40,299 nucleotides of DNA, from IMG/VR virus record IMGVR_UViG_3300037423_000838, positions 1 to 40,299 of that record. One strand, given 5' to 3'. The DNA comes from a virus. Lineage: Duplodnaviria > Caudoviricetes. The notes under the pieces were generated by a model. That model worked only from the letters and a program-made list of their open reading frames with translations. It was not told the origin of the DNA and searched no databases. Every line of letters starts with the position of its first letter. Within the stretch, counting starts at the first letter, position 1. Of the stretch, positions 1-7,516 are shown in pieces. Both the position numbers and the translations under genes were made by a program.

Positions 1-62
1 GCCTTCTTACGTTTAACCTGTTGTAGTTGAGTCTGAAGATTTACGTACTGGTTATAACTCAT
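1..62 (-). CDS. 5' part of a gene running off the left edge (MSYNQYVNLQTQLQQVKRKK...)
   Basis: ATG at 62-60 overlaps the TGA of 59..700 (ATGA); AAGGAG upstream; frame open to the window edge. Confidence 0.6.
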   Translation of the reverse strand, partial: MSYNQYVNLQTQLQQVKRKK

Positions 63-700
63 TCGCTAATCTCCTTCATTGAATTAACGAACCTGAGGAA
101 TTTATGCAGGTCCTCGGTTTGTGGTGAGTCTTTTCCACCGAAAACTGCCAGGAATTTAGACATGTTACCTGTCATCGATTCGTGATCAGTTACTGTGTCA
201 ATCCAATCAATTGCTTTTGCCATCGCTGCTCTAGCATTAGTTAGCTCCTGCACTACTAATTGCCATTGCCTCTTAAGGTCGGCTTCTTTAAGTCCCTCTT
301 GCTGAGCAATTACAAACAGCTGTCCAAACAGCAGTGGAACTCTATTAACTGCTTTCTCGTCTAGCTGTTTCCAAACCCGGCGCTCGTCAATTAATTGATC
401 TGCCTTTAACATGAAAAAGCTAATGGGGAAAACTGTCCCATCATTAGCCTTCACGTGAGGCAATTGATTAATGTTTGTCTTTCGATAAAACTTCTTCTTA
501 TTGACTGTCTTGTAAAAGACAATCTGGTGTTTCTTCTCCAATTTCTGAAGAGCTCGATACAGAGGCCAGTAATCCGTAGTTGGGAAGGCTTGCTGAATCT
601 CACTCATAGAGAAAGGAATAACTTCATCCATTACATTGAGAATTCGTTCGTCTAATGGTTCACGATCTCCCAAAGCAAAGTCTACTGCTTGTTCTGTCAT
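59..700 (-). CDS. Putative winged-helix DNA-binding protein with helical C-terminal domain
   Basis: N-terminal pattern ERILNVM..FSMSEIQQAF..WPLYRALQKLEKKHQIVFYK..KKFY fits wHTH helices plus wing; GAAGGG RBS; amphipathic helical C-terminus. Confidence 0.6.
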   Translation of the reverse strand: MTEQAVDFALGDREPLDERILNVMDEVIPFSMSEIQQAFPTTDYWPLYRALQKLEKKHQIVFYKTVNKKKFYRKTNINQLPHVKANDGTVFPISFFMLKADQLIDERRVWKQLDEKAVNRVPLLFGQLFVIAQQEGLKEADLKRQWQLVVQELTNARAAMAKAIDWIDTVTDHESMTGNMSKFLAVFGGKDSPQTEDLHKFLRFVNSMKEISE

Positions 701-719
701 TATTTAATAACCCTTCAGT

Positions 720-1045
720 TGCAGAGATACTCAGCGCTAGACTGTTGCAGAGTTCCGAAGAGAGCTCCTCATTGTGCAGAGATAGCTGCTGTAGTACGCA
801 AGGATTGCAGAGATGGGAGCGTAGGTCAAGGTGCATAGATAATGCTTATAGAGGGAATATCTCAGTTGCACACTGGATTCTTGGAGAAGCGCAAAAGATG
901 CAATAATAGCCTTTGACGTGCTGAATCTTGAACGCATAGATAAGCAAGACTTGCAAGGGCCCTGAGTATTGAGTGGGCCGTACTAAGGAGGCCCACTCAG
1001 GGGCATACAAAGTTTGCAGTTTATAATTGATTCCAGTGCTGAGAT
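720..1045. repeat. Array of short direct repeats TGCAGAGAT with unique spacers
   Basis: Copies at 720 (exact), 746 (TGCAGAGTT), 775 (exact), 806 (exact), 832 (TGCATAGAT), 933 (CGCATAGAT), 1037 (TGCTGAGAT); weaker copies at 867, 890, 919. Confidence 0.75.
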
Positions 1046-1067
1046 AATTGTACTAATTTCTAGGGCT

Positions 1068-1089
1068 GCACACTATTGAATTGTCAAGA
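1068..1089 (-). promoter_or_regulatory. boxA/rrn-leader-like motif copy 1 (TCTTGACAATTCAATAGTGTGC)
   Basis: 21/22 identical to 2358..2379; about 60 nt downstream of a consensus promoter. Confidence 0.55.
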
Positions 1090-1151
1090 ATAACCTTATG
1101 CTGACGCTTTAATTGGCTACTTATTCACCAATAGCTCGACCGCATGCATCA

Positions 1152-1180
1152 ATTGTAGCACAACCGATGGTACACGTCAA
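1152..1180 (-). promoter_or_regulatory. Sigma70/HrdB-type early promoter
   Basis: TTGACG-17 bp-TACAAT with extended -10 (TGC TACAAT). Confidence 0.8.
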
Positions 1181-1263
1181 TGTATAATATTATAGACAGA
1201 CTAATGGAATAGCAACTCGACTGATGGAAGTTTATCCACTCGTTTTTCCAGCGAATTTCAGAC

Positions 1264-1297
1264 AAAAAGAAAAGCCCTAGCTTAATAGCTAGGGCTT
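1264..1297 (-). terminator. Intrinsic terminator
   Basis: 11-bp stem AAGCCCTAGCT/AGCTAGGGCTT, 4-nt loop, U-tract on - strand, just after the stop at 1302. Confidence 0.85.
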
Positions 1298-1301
1298 AGT
1301 C

Positions 1302-1469
1302 TTACTTCTTAAGATTGAGGATCAAACGCTTATTGTTCTTATCAATGAATCGACCACAACTACAGGCGCGTGATCCATCTTTGAAATGAACAATAGTACG
1401 GGTCTGTCCTTCTCGCTCACCACAGAAAAGAGAGTCTTCAATAACACGAATGTCTGAGAGTAGAATCAT
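1302..1469 (-). CDS. Small hypothetical protein, 55 aa (C...CxC)
   Basis: ATG at 1469 preceded by AAAGGA; ends at the terminator. Confidence 0.55.
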   Translation of the reverse strand: MILLSDIRVIEDSLFCGEREGQTRTIVHFKDGSRACSCGRFIDKNNKRLILNLKK

Positions 1470-1529
1470 TGTCTTTGTCCTTTGCTGTGTAAGTTTTGTT
1501 AACACAACAGTGTGCGCTCCTGTAGCTAA

Positions 1530-2303
1530 TTACTTAGTAACTCGGATAAAGTAGGACTTGTCCTTGAGCGAGTAGTTAAAGGTGGTCTGCTCAGGAAGAA
1601 CGTTCCAATCCTTAACATCACCGTTCTGCCCAAACCAAGCCTCGTGCAAGTCACTAGCACCAATAGTCTCGCCGGTTTCCTTCTTCAGCCACTGAGTCAG
1701 AACACTAAAGGTAGACTTACCATCCTTCTCGACCTTAGTGTAAGACTGGCCATTATCAGTGCTAACTGCAATCTCACTAACACGCGGCCGGGAAGATCCT
1801 TCGCCCTGCCCAGACTTAGCACCAGAAGCACTACGCTTAGCCTTAGGAAGCTCACCTACATAATCGTAGATGTTAAGCTCAGGGTGATTAGATCCGACCT
1901 CCATAGTAAACATGCTATCGAGAGTCTTCACGTTACTTACGAGGTTCTTGTACTCCTCTTCGGCAGCCTTGATTTCCTCATCAGAAGGAATAGCAAGAGT
2001 AGGCTTAACCTTAGCCTCGATCTCCTTTTGCCAATTGAGAATAGCCTCATTAGCCTTCTCAATACGCGCAAGAGCCTGCTTAACCTCAGGATCCTCAGAC
2101 TGCTTAATAGCCTCACTAAGCAACTCGCCAATGTTTCCGGCCGCATTAACCTTAGCGGCAACACCCTTAAGCTTATCGACCAAAACCTGAGCCTTGGTAA
2201 CAACCAGACTGACCATAGGCGCATCAGTAAAAGAGTCCAGCTCCGGAATAACCTTGCTCGGCTTAACCTCAGCCTCAGGCGCAACAACAGTTTCAGTAGA
2301 CAT
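1530..2303 (-). CDS. Early protein, 257 aa: coiled coil, basic G/S linker, globular C-terminal domain
   Basis: ATG at 2303 with AAGGGG RBS; strongly biased codons; no family recognised. Confidence 0.8.
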   Translation of the reverse strand: MSTETVVAPEAEVKPSKVIPELDSFTDAPMVSLVVTKAQVLVDKLKGVAAKVNAAGNIGELLSEAIKQSEDPEVKQALARIEKANEAILNWQKEIEAKVKPTLAIPSDEEIKAAEEEYKNLVSNVKTLDSMFTMEVGSNHPELNIYDYVGELPKAKRSASGAKSGQGEGSSRPRVSEIAVSTDNGQSYTKVEKDGKSTFSVLTQWLKKETGETIGASDLHEAWFGQNGDVKDWNVLPEQTTFNYSLKDKSYFIRVTK

Positions 2304-2357
2304 AACAATCCCCTTAATGGATAGATAAATGAAAGCGCGTTTGTTTGCTGAAGGAGC

Positions 2358-2379
2358 GCACACTATTGAATTGACAAGA
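2358..2379 (-). promoter_or_regulatory. boxA/rrn-leader-like motif copy 2 (TCTTGTCAATTCAATAGTGTGC)
   Basis: Direct repeat of 1068..1089; its 3' part is complementary to 1505..1521. Confidence 0.55.
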
Positions 2380-2441
2380 CCTGCCATGTGGTTAGGGATA
2401 GCTCAGGCTAGGCGCCCGACCCCTTCCCTCCCAACACCTCT

Positions 2442-2471
2442 ATTAGATCATGGCTCATGGGTGGTACACAA
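2442..2471 (-). promoter_or_regulatory. Candidate early promoter
   Basis: TTGTGT-18 bp-TCTAAT with TGn extension; same -35 hexamer as 35143..35171; similar distance to the boxA-like motif as in copy 1. Confidence 0.4.
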
Positions 2472-2636
2472 CCCCTACGCCTAATCTTTTTCCATAACTT
2501 TGAGTTAACTCGAATTACCCAGCGTCACCAAGGACTGTTACATAATCGTTATCATGTTGTCTGGCTTTTTGGGTCCCATTCCACTAGCTTTTCCCCTATT
2601 TGCTTTACAAATTTTTAGAAAAATCAGACCAATTTC

Positions 2637-2882
2637 CTAGAATTGTCTTTGATGCCACCAACTTGGAAGGTGTCCAGATTTAATTAGTGTGTTCTCTAGA
2701 GTCTCTAACATGAATTGCTGGATAGTCAGTTGCTTTTCTTTAGCAGCCTCCTGTAGCCCCTGAATAATCCTTTCATCCTTTAGCGTCCATTCAAATTTAA
2801 TTCTAGCGGCTGTCGCTTCTTTTAACTTGACATTAGTAGTGTTATGTGTACCATTAGGGGTATGAAGACTATCCTTGTCCAT
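2637..2882 (-). CDS. Putative ribbon-helix-helix DNA-binding protein
   Basis: AGGAGG RBS; alternating strand RIKFEWTL then two helices (ERIIQGLQEAAKEK, TIQQFMLETLENTL). Confidence 0.55.
   Translation of the reverse strand: MDKDSLHTPNGTHNTTNVKLKEATAARIKFEWTLKDERIIQGLQEAAKEKQLTIQQFMLETLENTLIKSGHLPSWWHQRQF
2827..2854 (+). promoter_or_regulatory. Candidate promoter for a leaderless transcript starting at ATG 2862
   Basis: TTGACA-16 bp-TACCAT, ATG 7 nt downstream. Confidence 0.5.
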
Positions 2883-3359
2883 CCGTGGGCCTCCTATCGT
2901 CGGTCAGCTGGTTATACTCAGCTGCAAGTTGCACGCATTATGTGTGTTTCAAGACACTACTATATTCGATTAGAACAGGGACTATTTAACCTACCACCAC
3001 CTGGGGTGTGCGACCGCCTGGGGAAATTATTTAAGGTGGAGACTAAAGACATGCTGCAGAGTTACTTAGATTACCAAAAGAACACTAGATTAGCCTTCGG
3101 TAAAAATTACGAGAACTTCGACTTACTTTACAATTACAAGGGAGAAACGCACCCACTAGTTTTCTGGCGGGAACAACAGGACTTAAGTAGGATTGGATTA
3201 TGTAAGGGGTTATGCTTACACCAGGACTTAGTCAGAAATTACGAGAACAACAAGCAGAGGCACCCACCTCAGGAATTATATACTGCATGTGACTTGATTG
3301 GTTGGGATATCCTGGCCTTAACAGGCGCTGTGGAATCTTGGAGGGTTAGATGGCACTAA
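2862..3359 (+). CDS. Tandem XRE/Cro-type helix-turn-helix protein
   Basis: Two similar halves: HPWASYRRSAGYTQLQVARIMCVSRHYYIRLEQG and HPLVFWREQQDLSRIGLCKGLCLHQDLVRNYENN; start may alternatively be 2844. Confidence 0.75.
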   Translation: MKTILVHPWASYRRSAGYTQLQVARIMCVSRHYYIRLEQGLFNLPPPGVCDRLGKLFKVETKDMLQSYLDYQKNTRLAFGKNYENFDLLYNYKGETHPLVFWREQQDLSRIGLCKGLCLHQDLVRNYENNKQRHPPQELYTACDLIGWDILALTGAVESWRVRWH

Positions 3360-4030
3360 CTGAAATTGAACGTAGAATAGTCGCAACTATTGAAGAAAGA
3401 TGGATGAGACATGCGAGCATTCCCAGTCCCAGAGAAATTGCAGAAGCATTTGGACTCCCGGAAAAGAAGGCAAGTGAACTTCTTATGGGAGATGCAATTA
3501 TCGGGGCACTCAAGTCCCGAGGAATACCTACGACTAATGCAAATGGTCTTAACCCAGAACAAGTAACAGCTATTAACACTGTTGTAAATCCAATGGATAC
3601 TAGGTCACGTAGGAAGAAGCTACAGGACCTGGGAGTAAGTGCTCAGCAATGGGCAGGTTGGATGAAGCAGCCTAAGTTTAAAGAATACTATGCAGACTTA
3701 TCTAGGAAGCTCTTAGAAGAAGCAATTCCTGAAGCTCACATGGCACTAGTAGATAACGTACTACGTGGAGACTTAGGAAGCATTAAATATCTCAATGAGA
3801 TGACTGGAGAGTATAGAGGCACTGAGCAGCAAATTAATCCTGCAGAGCTAGTTCAAAAGGTTATTGAAGTAATTCAGGTCCACGTAAAAGATCCAGAAAC
3901 ACTATTAGCTATCTCCCAAGATCTTTTGGGGCTTGCATCTCCTGGTAGAGTTAATGTCAACACAGTCCCTGGTGAAATTATTTCTCCGGCCCCTGTAGCT
4001 CCGTCTTCTACTATACTGGAGATGTTCTAA
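3350..4030 (+). CDS. terS: Probable terminase small subunit (HTH-containing)
   Basis: HTH-like segments PSPREIAEAFGL and LQDLGVSAQQWAGWMKQPKFKEYY, GDLGSIKY helix; upstream of terL; GGAGG RBS. Confidence 0.65.
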   Translation: MALTEIERRIVATIEERWMRHASIPSPREIAEAFGLPEKKASELLMGDAIIGALKSRGIPTTNANGLNPEQVTAINTVVNPMDTRSRRKKLQDLGVSAQQWAGWMKQPKFKEYYADLSRKLLEEAIPEAHMALVDNVLRGDLGSIKYLNEMTGEYRGTEQQINPAELVQKVIEVIQVHVKDPETLLAISQDLLGLASPGRVNVNTVPGEIISPAPVAPSSTILEMF

Positions 4031-4596
4031 TGTCCCAAACTACCACACCTAGATTAGGTCTTATCAAGAACACACCTGGCACTAATGAACAGGTTAACAT
4101 TGGTGAGATCAACTCTGGATTTGATGCTATTGACGCTAGTTTTATCCCTGCTTGTAAGATTCGTTCTACTATTGTACAAACACTTACTTCTAGTGCTTCT
4201 CCTACAGCTGTTAACTTTGACACCACTAGTTATGACACGACTGTAGCTACTCCTTTAGGTGCTATGGCAGATCTAGCTAATGAGCGGATGATTTGTAGGT
4301 TTGATGGACTCTACACTATTGTTCTCTCTCTTATCTATGCAGCTAACGCTACAGGTGCTCGTGTAGGTAACATTGTAATTAATGGATCAACTGTTAAGCG
4401 ATTCTCTATGTCTCCTAGCTCTGGTAACAACACGAGTATTTTAGTTACAGATGACATTCCATTAGTTGCAGGTGATCTCATTTCTGCTAGTTGTCTGCAG
4501 ACTTCTGGAGGTAACTTGGACTTACTTAACCAAGCTAGTTCAGGAGATCCTGATGGAGTTATGCTTCTAGCTCGTTGGAATGGAAAGCACCCATGA
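4030..4596 (+). CDS. Putative tail fibre/receptor-binding virion protein with C1q/TNF-like beta domain
   Basis: N-terminal TTPRLGL..P..NE...INSGFDAID fibre-anchor-like motif; VNFDT, DGLYTI and VAGDLIS beta pattern. Confidence 0.5.
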   Translation: MSQTTTPRLGLIKNTPGTNEQVNIGEINSGFDAIDASFIPACKIRSTIVQTLTSSASPTAVNFDTTSYDTTVATPLGAMADLANERMICRFDGLYTIVLSLIYAANATGARVGNIVINGSTVKRFSMSPSSGNNTSILVTDDIPLVAGDLISASCLQTSGGNLDLLNQASSGDPDGVMLLARWNGKHP

Positions 4597-4928
4597 CAAT
4601 TAATGATCCTAGAGATAGTCCTGAGTATCAAGTTGGTGGAGACAAGTTCAAAGGTAAGTATGAGAATACTGGTACTGATGTACCACCTCAGGTAGTCAAG
4701 GATTTCCATAAGAGAGCTGATACTGACTCTAGCGCTCAAGCTATTCACCACACTTTAGGTATGAAGGCTGGACAAGCTTCTCCTGGTGATCATAGACATG
4801 ATGGAGCTAGTTCAATTAAGATCCTTAAGGGAACTACTATTACAGGTTCTAGATCAGGTGGCTCTGCTTTAGTGAGTATTATTGATGCTCTTGAAAAACT
4901 CGGAGCTACTGACTCGACTACGGCTTAA
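4593..4928 (+). CDS. Small virion-associated protein with His-rich motif (HHTLG...ASPGDHRHDG)
   Basis: ATGA overlap with the previous gene; motif resembles actinophage minor tail/fibre segments. Confidence 0.5.
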   Translation: MTINDPRDSPEYQVGGDKFKGKYENTGTDVPPQVVKDFHKRADTDSSAQAIHHTLGMKAGQASPGDHRHDGASSIKILKGTTITGSRSGGSALVSIIDALEKLGATDSTTA

Positions 4929-4930
4929 TT

Positions 4931-6466
4931 ATGCCTAAGCAAACTAAGCAACTACAGTTCCCCAACATTGGTGAGATGTTTCGCACTATGGGGGAATCTG
5001 TTAAGAAGCAAGCAATTACGCCTAACATGCACGGTTATGTGCCGCATGACAAGCAAGTTGCTTTCCATTCGGCGCCCGCTAGAAATAGGCTTTACATTGG
5101 TGGTAACCGTTCCGGTAAGACTACTGGTGGAATTCTCGAAGATTTAATGTGGTTAACAGGTAAGCATGAATACAGAAGAATTCCTGAAGGTGGAGTTCGT
5201 GGACGTATTGTAGCTGTTGACTTTATTAATGGTATTGAGAAGATCATCTGGCCTGAGATTAAACGTTGGACTCCTATGTCTGCCCTACGTGGTGGGACTT
5301 GGACGGATGCTTATGATTCTCTCGAAAGAACCCTCAATTTTGAGAATGGTTCGTTTGTTGAATTCATGTCCTATGACCAGAAGTTGGACAAGTTCGCCGG
5401 TACTAGTCGTCACTTTGTACATTTTGACGAGGAGCCGCCTCAAGATATTTTTACTGAATGTCTTCTTCGTCTTCTTGATACTGAAGGCTCTTGGTGGATG
5501 ACTCTTACCCCAGTCCAGGGTATGTTATGGATGTATGACGAGATTTATATGAAAGGTAAGATGGATCCTATAGGTAGCGATATCTCAGTTATTGAGGTAG
5601 AGACCTATGAGAACCCTTACCTAAAAGAAACTGAGATTAAGAAGTTAGAGGTTGCTCTTAAGGACGAGGCAGACGCTCGTATTAGGGGTAAGTTTATTAG
5701 GCGTGGTGGACTTGTCTACAGTACCTTTGATCCTCAAATTCACATAATTGATCCTATTAAAGACATTCCTGAGCACTGGGAAATTTATGCATCTGGGGAC
5801 CACGGATTTAACAATCCTACTTCTTGGCACTGGCATGGAGTGGATAGTGATGGTAACGTGGTTACTTTTGCTGAGCACTATGAAAGAGAAATGGTCGTTC
5901 AAGACCATGCAACAAGAATTAAACAGATTAATAAAATTATTGGTCGTGATCCAGGTATGTACATTGGTGATCCTGCTATGTCTCAACGTAATGGAATCAC
6001 TGGAAGCACAGTTCAATCAGAGTATGCACTTCATGGTATCTATATTAATCCTGCTAACAATGAAATCCTAAGTGGAATTAACAAGATTAATAGCTACTTG
6101 CAGTTAAACTCAGCAGGTAAGCCTAGGTGGACTATTACTAGGAACTGTGCTAATGCAATCTGGGAGATCCAGCGTTATCGTTGGAAGACTTGGGCTAGTA
6201 AGCAGACAGAGCGTGAGAATAACAAGTACGACATCCCTCATAAGAAGGATGATCACGCTATGGATGATCTTCGCTATTTCTTCACGATTATGCCAGATCT
6301 CACCCCTGTAGCTCCTTTTGAAGTAAAGCATGAGATTCCTAGATTAGGATCTGACGGAGTCTTGCCAGATAAGCACAGGTTCGATGAAGTACTAAATGGT
6401 TTAGCTCCTGTGAATACTGATTGGAATATTATCTCCACTGATCAATATATGGGTGGAGAATGGTAG
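4931..6466 (+). CDS. terL: Terminase large subunit
   Basis: Walker A GGNRSGKT, Walker B FVHFDEE, coupling motif TLTP, nuclease motifs GDHGFNNPT and DDHAMDDLRY. Confidence 0.95.
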   Translation: MPKQTKQLQFPNIGEMFRTMGESVKKQAITPNMHGYVPHDKQVAFHSAPARNRLYIGGNRSGKTTGGILEDLMWLTGKHEYRRIPEGGVRGRIVAVDFINGIEKIIWPEIKRWTPMSALRGGTWTDAYDSLERTLNFENGSFVEFMSYDQKLDKFAGTSRHFVHFDEEPPQDIFTECLLRLLDTEGSWWMTLTPVQGMLWMYDEIYMKGKMDPIGSDISVIEVETYENPYLKETEIKKLEVALKDEADARIRGKFIRRGGLVYSTFDPQIHIIDPIKDIPEHWEIYASGDHGFNNPTSWHWHGVDSDGNVVTFAEHYEREMVVQDHATRIKQINKIIGRDPGMYIGDPAMSQRNGITGSTVQSEYALHGIYINPANNEILSGINKINSYLQLNSAGKPRWTITRNCANAIWEIQRYRWKTWASKQTERENNKYDIPHKKDDHAMDDLRYFFTIMPDLTPVAPFEVKHEIPRLGSDGVLPDKHRFDEVLNGLAPVNTDWNIISTDQYMGGEW

Positions 6467-6485
6467 TTGACGAGCCCTGTAGCCT
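6467..6485 (+). promoter_or_regulatory. Candidate late promoter TTGAC-N8-TAGCCT
   Basis: Same geometry at 9785 and 17015. Confidence 0.55.
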
Positions 6486-6520
6486 AGTATTAGTGGATCC
6501 ACTCCCGAAGGGAATTAGTA

Positions 6521-6994
6521 ATGTCTGAAACTCCTAACGAGGTAGTTGAAGAGGACACGTTAGATCTTTATGATGCTAATAAGGGTCTTCTTAAGCGTGA
6601 TGGTGGTCCTTATTTAGATGAGGTAGAGCGTGAGCGTGACGAGAAGATTCGTGCGGCACGTGAAGGACGTGAGCCTGATTTAGATAACCCGCCTCCGTCT
6701 GTTGGTACTGTGTTAGTTCCGAAGCATTATCTCAAGGAAACTGACGCTTCTAAGTCTCACGTTAGTGCTGCAGCTGAGTTAGAAAATGAGCCTGAGGCTA
6801 CTATTACTGTAGATAACACGGATGCTTTTGCTGGAGATCCTGACCCGATGCAAGCTGATTGGGATAATGATCACCAGAAGGTTCGTGCTATGGAGCAGAA
6901 GGCTGCTTATGCTGGAGCTGAGGAAAAGGTTACTACTCCTGATCCGGAACCTGTTGACACTGATTATGAGACTTCCAACGACTGGGAAAAGTAA
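6521..6994 (+). CDS. Acidic hypothetical protein, 157 aa
   Basis: AAGGGA RBS; phage-typical codon bias; D/E-rich. Confidence 0.75.
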   Translation: MSETPNEVVEEDTLDLYDANKGLLKRDGGPYLDEVERERDEKIRAAREGREPDLDNPPPSVGTVLVPKHYLKETDASKSHVSAAAELENEPEATITVDNTDAFAGDPDPMQADWDNDHQKVRAMEQKAAYAGAEEKVTTPDPEPVDTDYETSNDWEK

Positions 6995-7516
6995 ATGACT
7001 GAAACTTTCCTTAGGGAAAGTACGAAGTTTCGCGTACTCTCGGCGCCTATTCAGGTGCCGGGAGTATGTGCTAGTTGTGGCTCTAGTTCTACAGATGATC
7101 GAAATTATGTAGATTTTGATATGTTTGTAGATTATGTTGGAGTCATCTACTTCTGTACTTTCTGCTTCGATGAATGTGCTAATGCTCTTGGCTATATTAG
7201 TCCTGAGCAGGCGCGAGTACTTGAAGCTAAGCTAGAAGCTGCTGAAAAGAAAATTCTAGACTTTTATACAAAGGATCGTGCCTTAAATGACGCAATCAAT
7301 CTTTTACGTGATTCTGGGCTTTTTGACCTTGTTGATGGTGCTGCAAGCGCTTCTAACGAAGTTCCTAGTAGTGAAGTCAACGGAAGCTCTAAACAAGACG
7401 ATCTCGGAACAAATGAATCTGATAAACACAATGGCAAACAAGATTCTGAGCAAGGATCCCCTGACTTATCAGCAACTGGAGACGATGAACTCTTCGGTCT
7501 CGGGATTAAACTCTGA
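6995..7516 (+). CDS. Zinc-finger (CxxC...CxxC) plus coiled-coil protein with disordered tail
   Basis: CASC and CTFC motifs; starts directly after the previous stop. Confidence 0.7.
   Translation: MTETFLRESTKFRVLSAPIQVPGVCASCGSSSTDDRNYVDFDMFVDYVGVIYFCTFCFDECANALGYISPEQARVLEAKLEAAEKKILDFYTKDRALNDAINLLRDSGLFDLVDGAASASNEVPSSEVNGSSKQDDLGTNESDKHNGKQDSEQGSPDLSATGDDELFGLGIKL

Noticed and set aside
720-866. CRISPR array interpretation of the repeats
   Set aside because: Repeats are 9 nt, non-palindromic and irregularly spaced; no cas operon, and the Cas4-like nuclease sits in a standard phage recombination module
655-937. ORFs 655..906 (+) and 737..937 (-) over the repeat array
   Set aside because: No convincing RBS, atypical composition, and repeat periods not all multiples of three
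1644-2324. Long antisense ORFs (also 31630..32046, 32533..33033, 37760..38059, 21968..22537)
   Set aside because: In register with real genes; explained by absence of TTA/CTA/TCA codons on the sense strand
2304-2387. 28-codon N-terminal extension of the 1530..2387 ORF
   Set aside because: The better RBS precedes ATG 2303; the extension covers the conserved leader motif
2480-2636. Genome terminus, pac site or origin between the divergent arms
   Set aside because: Plausible by position and A/T tracts, but no diagnostic sequence; needs read-end data
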